Assembly (NCBI GenBank): GCA_028534125.1
Contig: CM052816.1
Location: forward strand, 1,364,001 to 1,428,000
DNA: 64,000 bases
Direction of reading: 5' to 3'
Source of the DNA: Lama glama
Lineage: Eukaryota
Shown piece after piece: positions 63,841-64,000 of this stretch (within the stretch, counting starts at the first letter, position 1; every line of letters begins with the position of its first letter). The translations under genes were made by a program, and so were the position numbers. Below the pieces are notes generated by a model that saw nothing but the letters and a program-made list of their open reading frames with translations, searched no databases and was not told the DNA's origin.

Positions 63841-64000
63841 ATGGCCATATTACCCAGAGCAATCTACAGATTTAATGCAATCCCTATCAAATTACCTAGG
63901 ACATTTTTCACAGAACTAGAACAAATAATCCTAAAATTAATACAGTATCACAAAAGACACAGAATTGCCAAAGCAATACTTAGGAAAAAGAATGACACTA
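63841..64000 (+). mobile_element. Younger L1 ORF2 fragment running off the window end
   Basis: Reads [32 protein letters not shown]...[11 protein letters not shown], the post-RT region of L1 ORF2. Confidence 0.9.

Overview
Mammalian genomic DNA, most likely a camelid (three camelid-type tRNA-derived SINEs and camelid-like L1 3' ends; the species call is inference). The window covers the syntenic ADRA1B-TTC1 locus, with both genes on the minus strand. From the right it holds part of the large ADRA1B intron (about 52013-64000, including a full-length TA-flanked Tigger1). Next come the GC-rich terminal coding exon of ADRA1B (51405-52012; TM7, helix 8 and C-tail) and its 3' UTR, then about 30 kb of repeat-rich intergenic DNA containing an unassigned CpG island (about 38.5-39.8 kb). 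The left part holds the TTC1 promoter and non-coding exon 1 (about 20.2-20.4 kb), the first coding exon (18781-19143) and more than 18 kb of intron 2. There are two 500-N assembly gaps (11301-11800 and 52087-52586). Nearly all other ORF-track entries are noise or transposon remnants. I found no new protein-coding system. The best leads are regulatory: (1) a solo ERV LTR with a periodic array of CCAAT boxes and a TATA box pointing into TTC1; (2) an orphan CpG island with a perfect minus-strand splice donor; (3) a three-layer nested transposon insertion with readable target-site duplications; (4) a pure (CGC)9 coding repeat in the ADRA1B poly-Arg motif. Repeat family names come from recalled consensus sequences, not a database search, and repeat boundaries are approximate unless TSDs are quoted.
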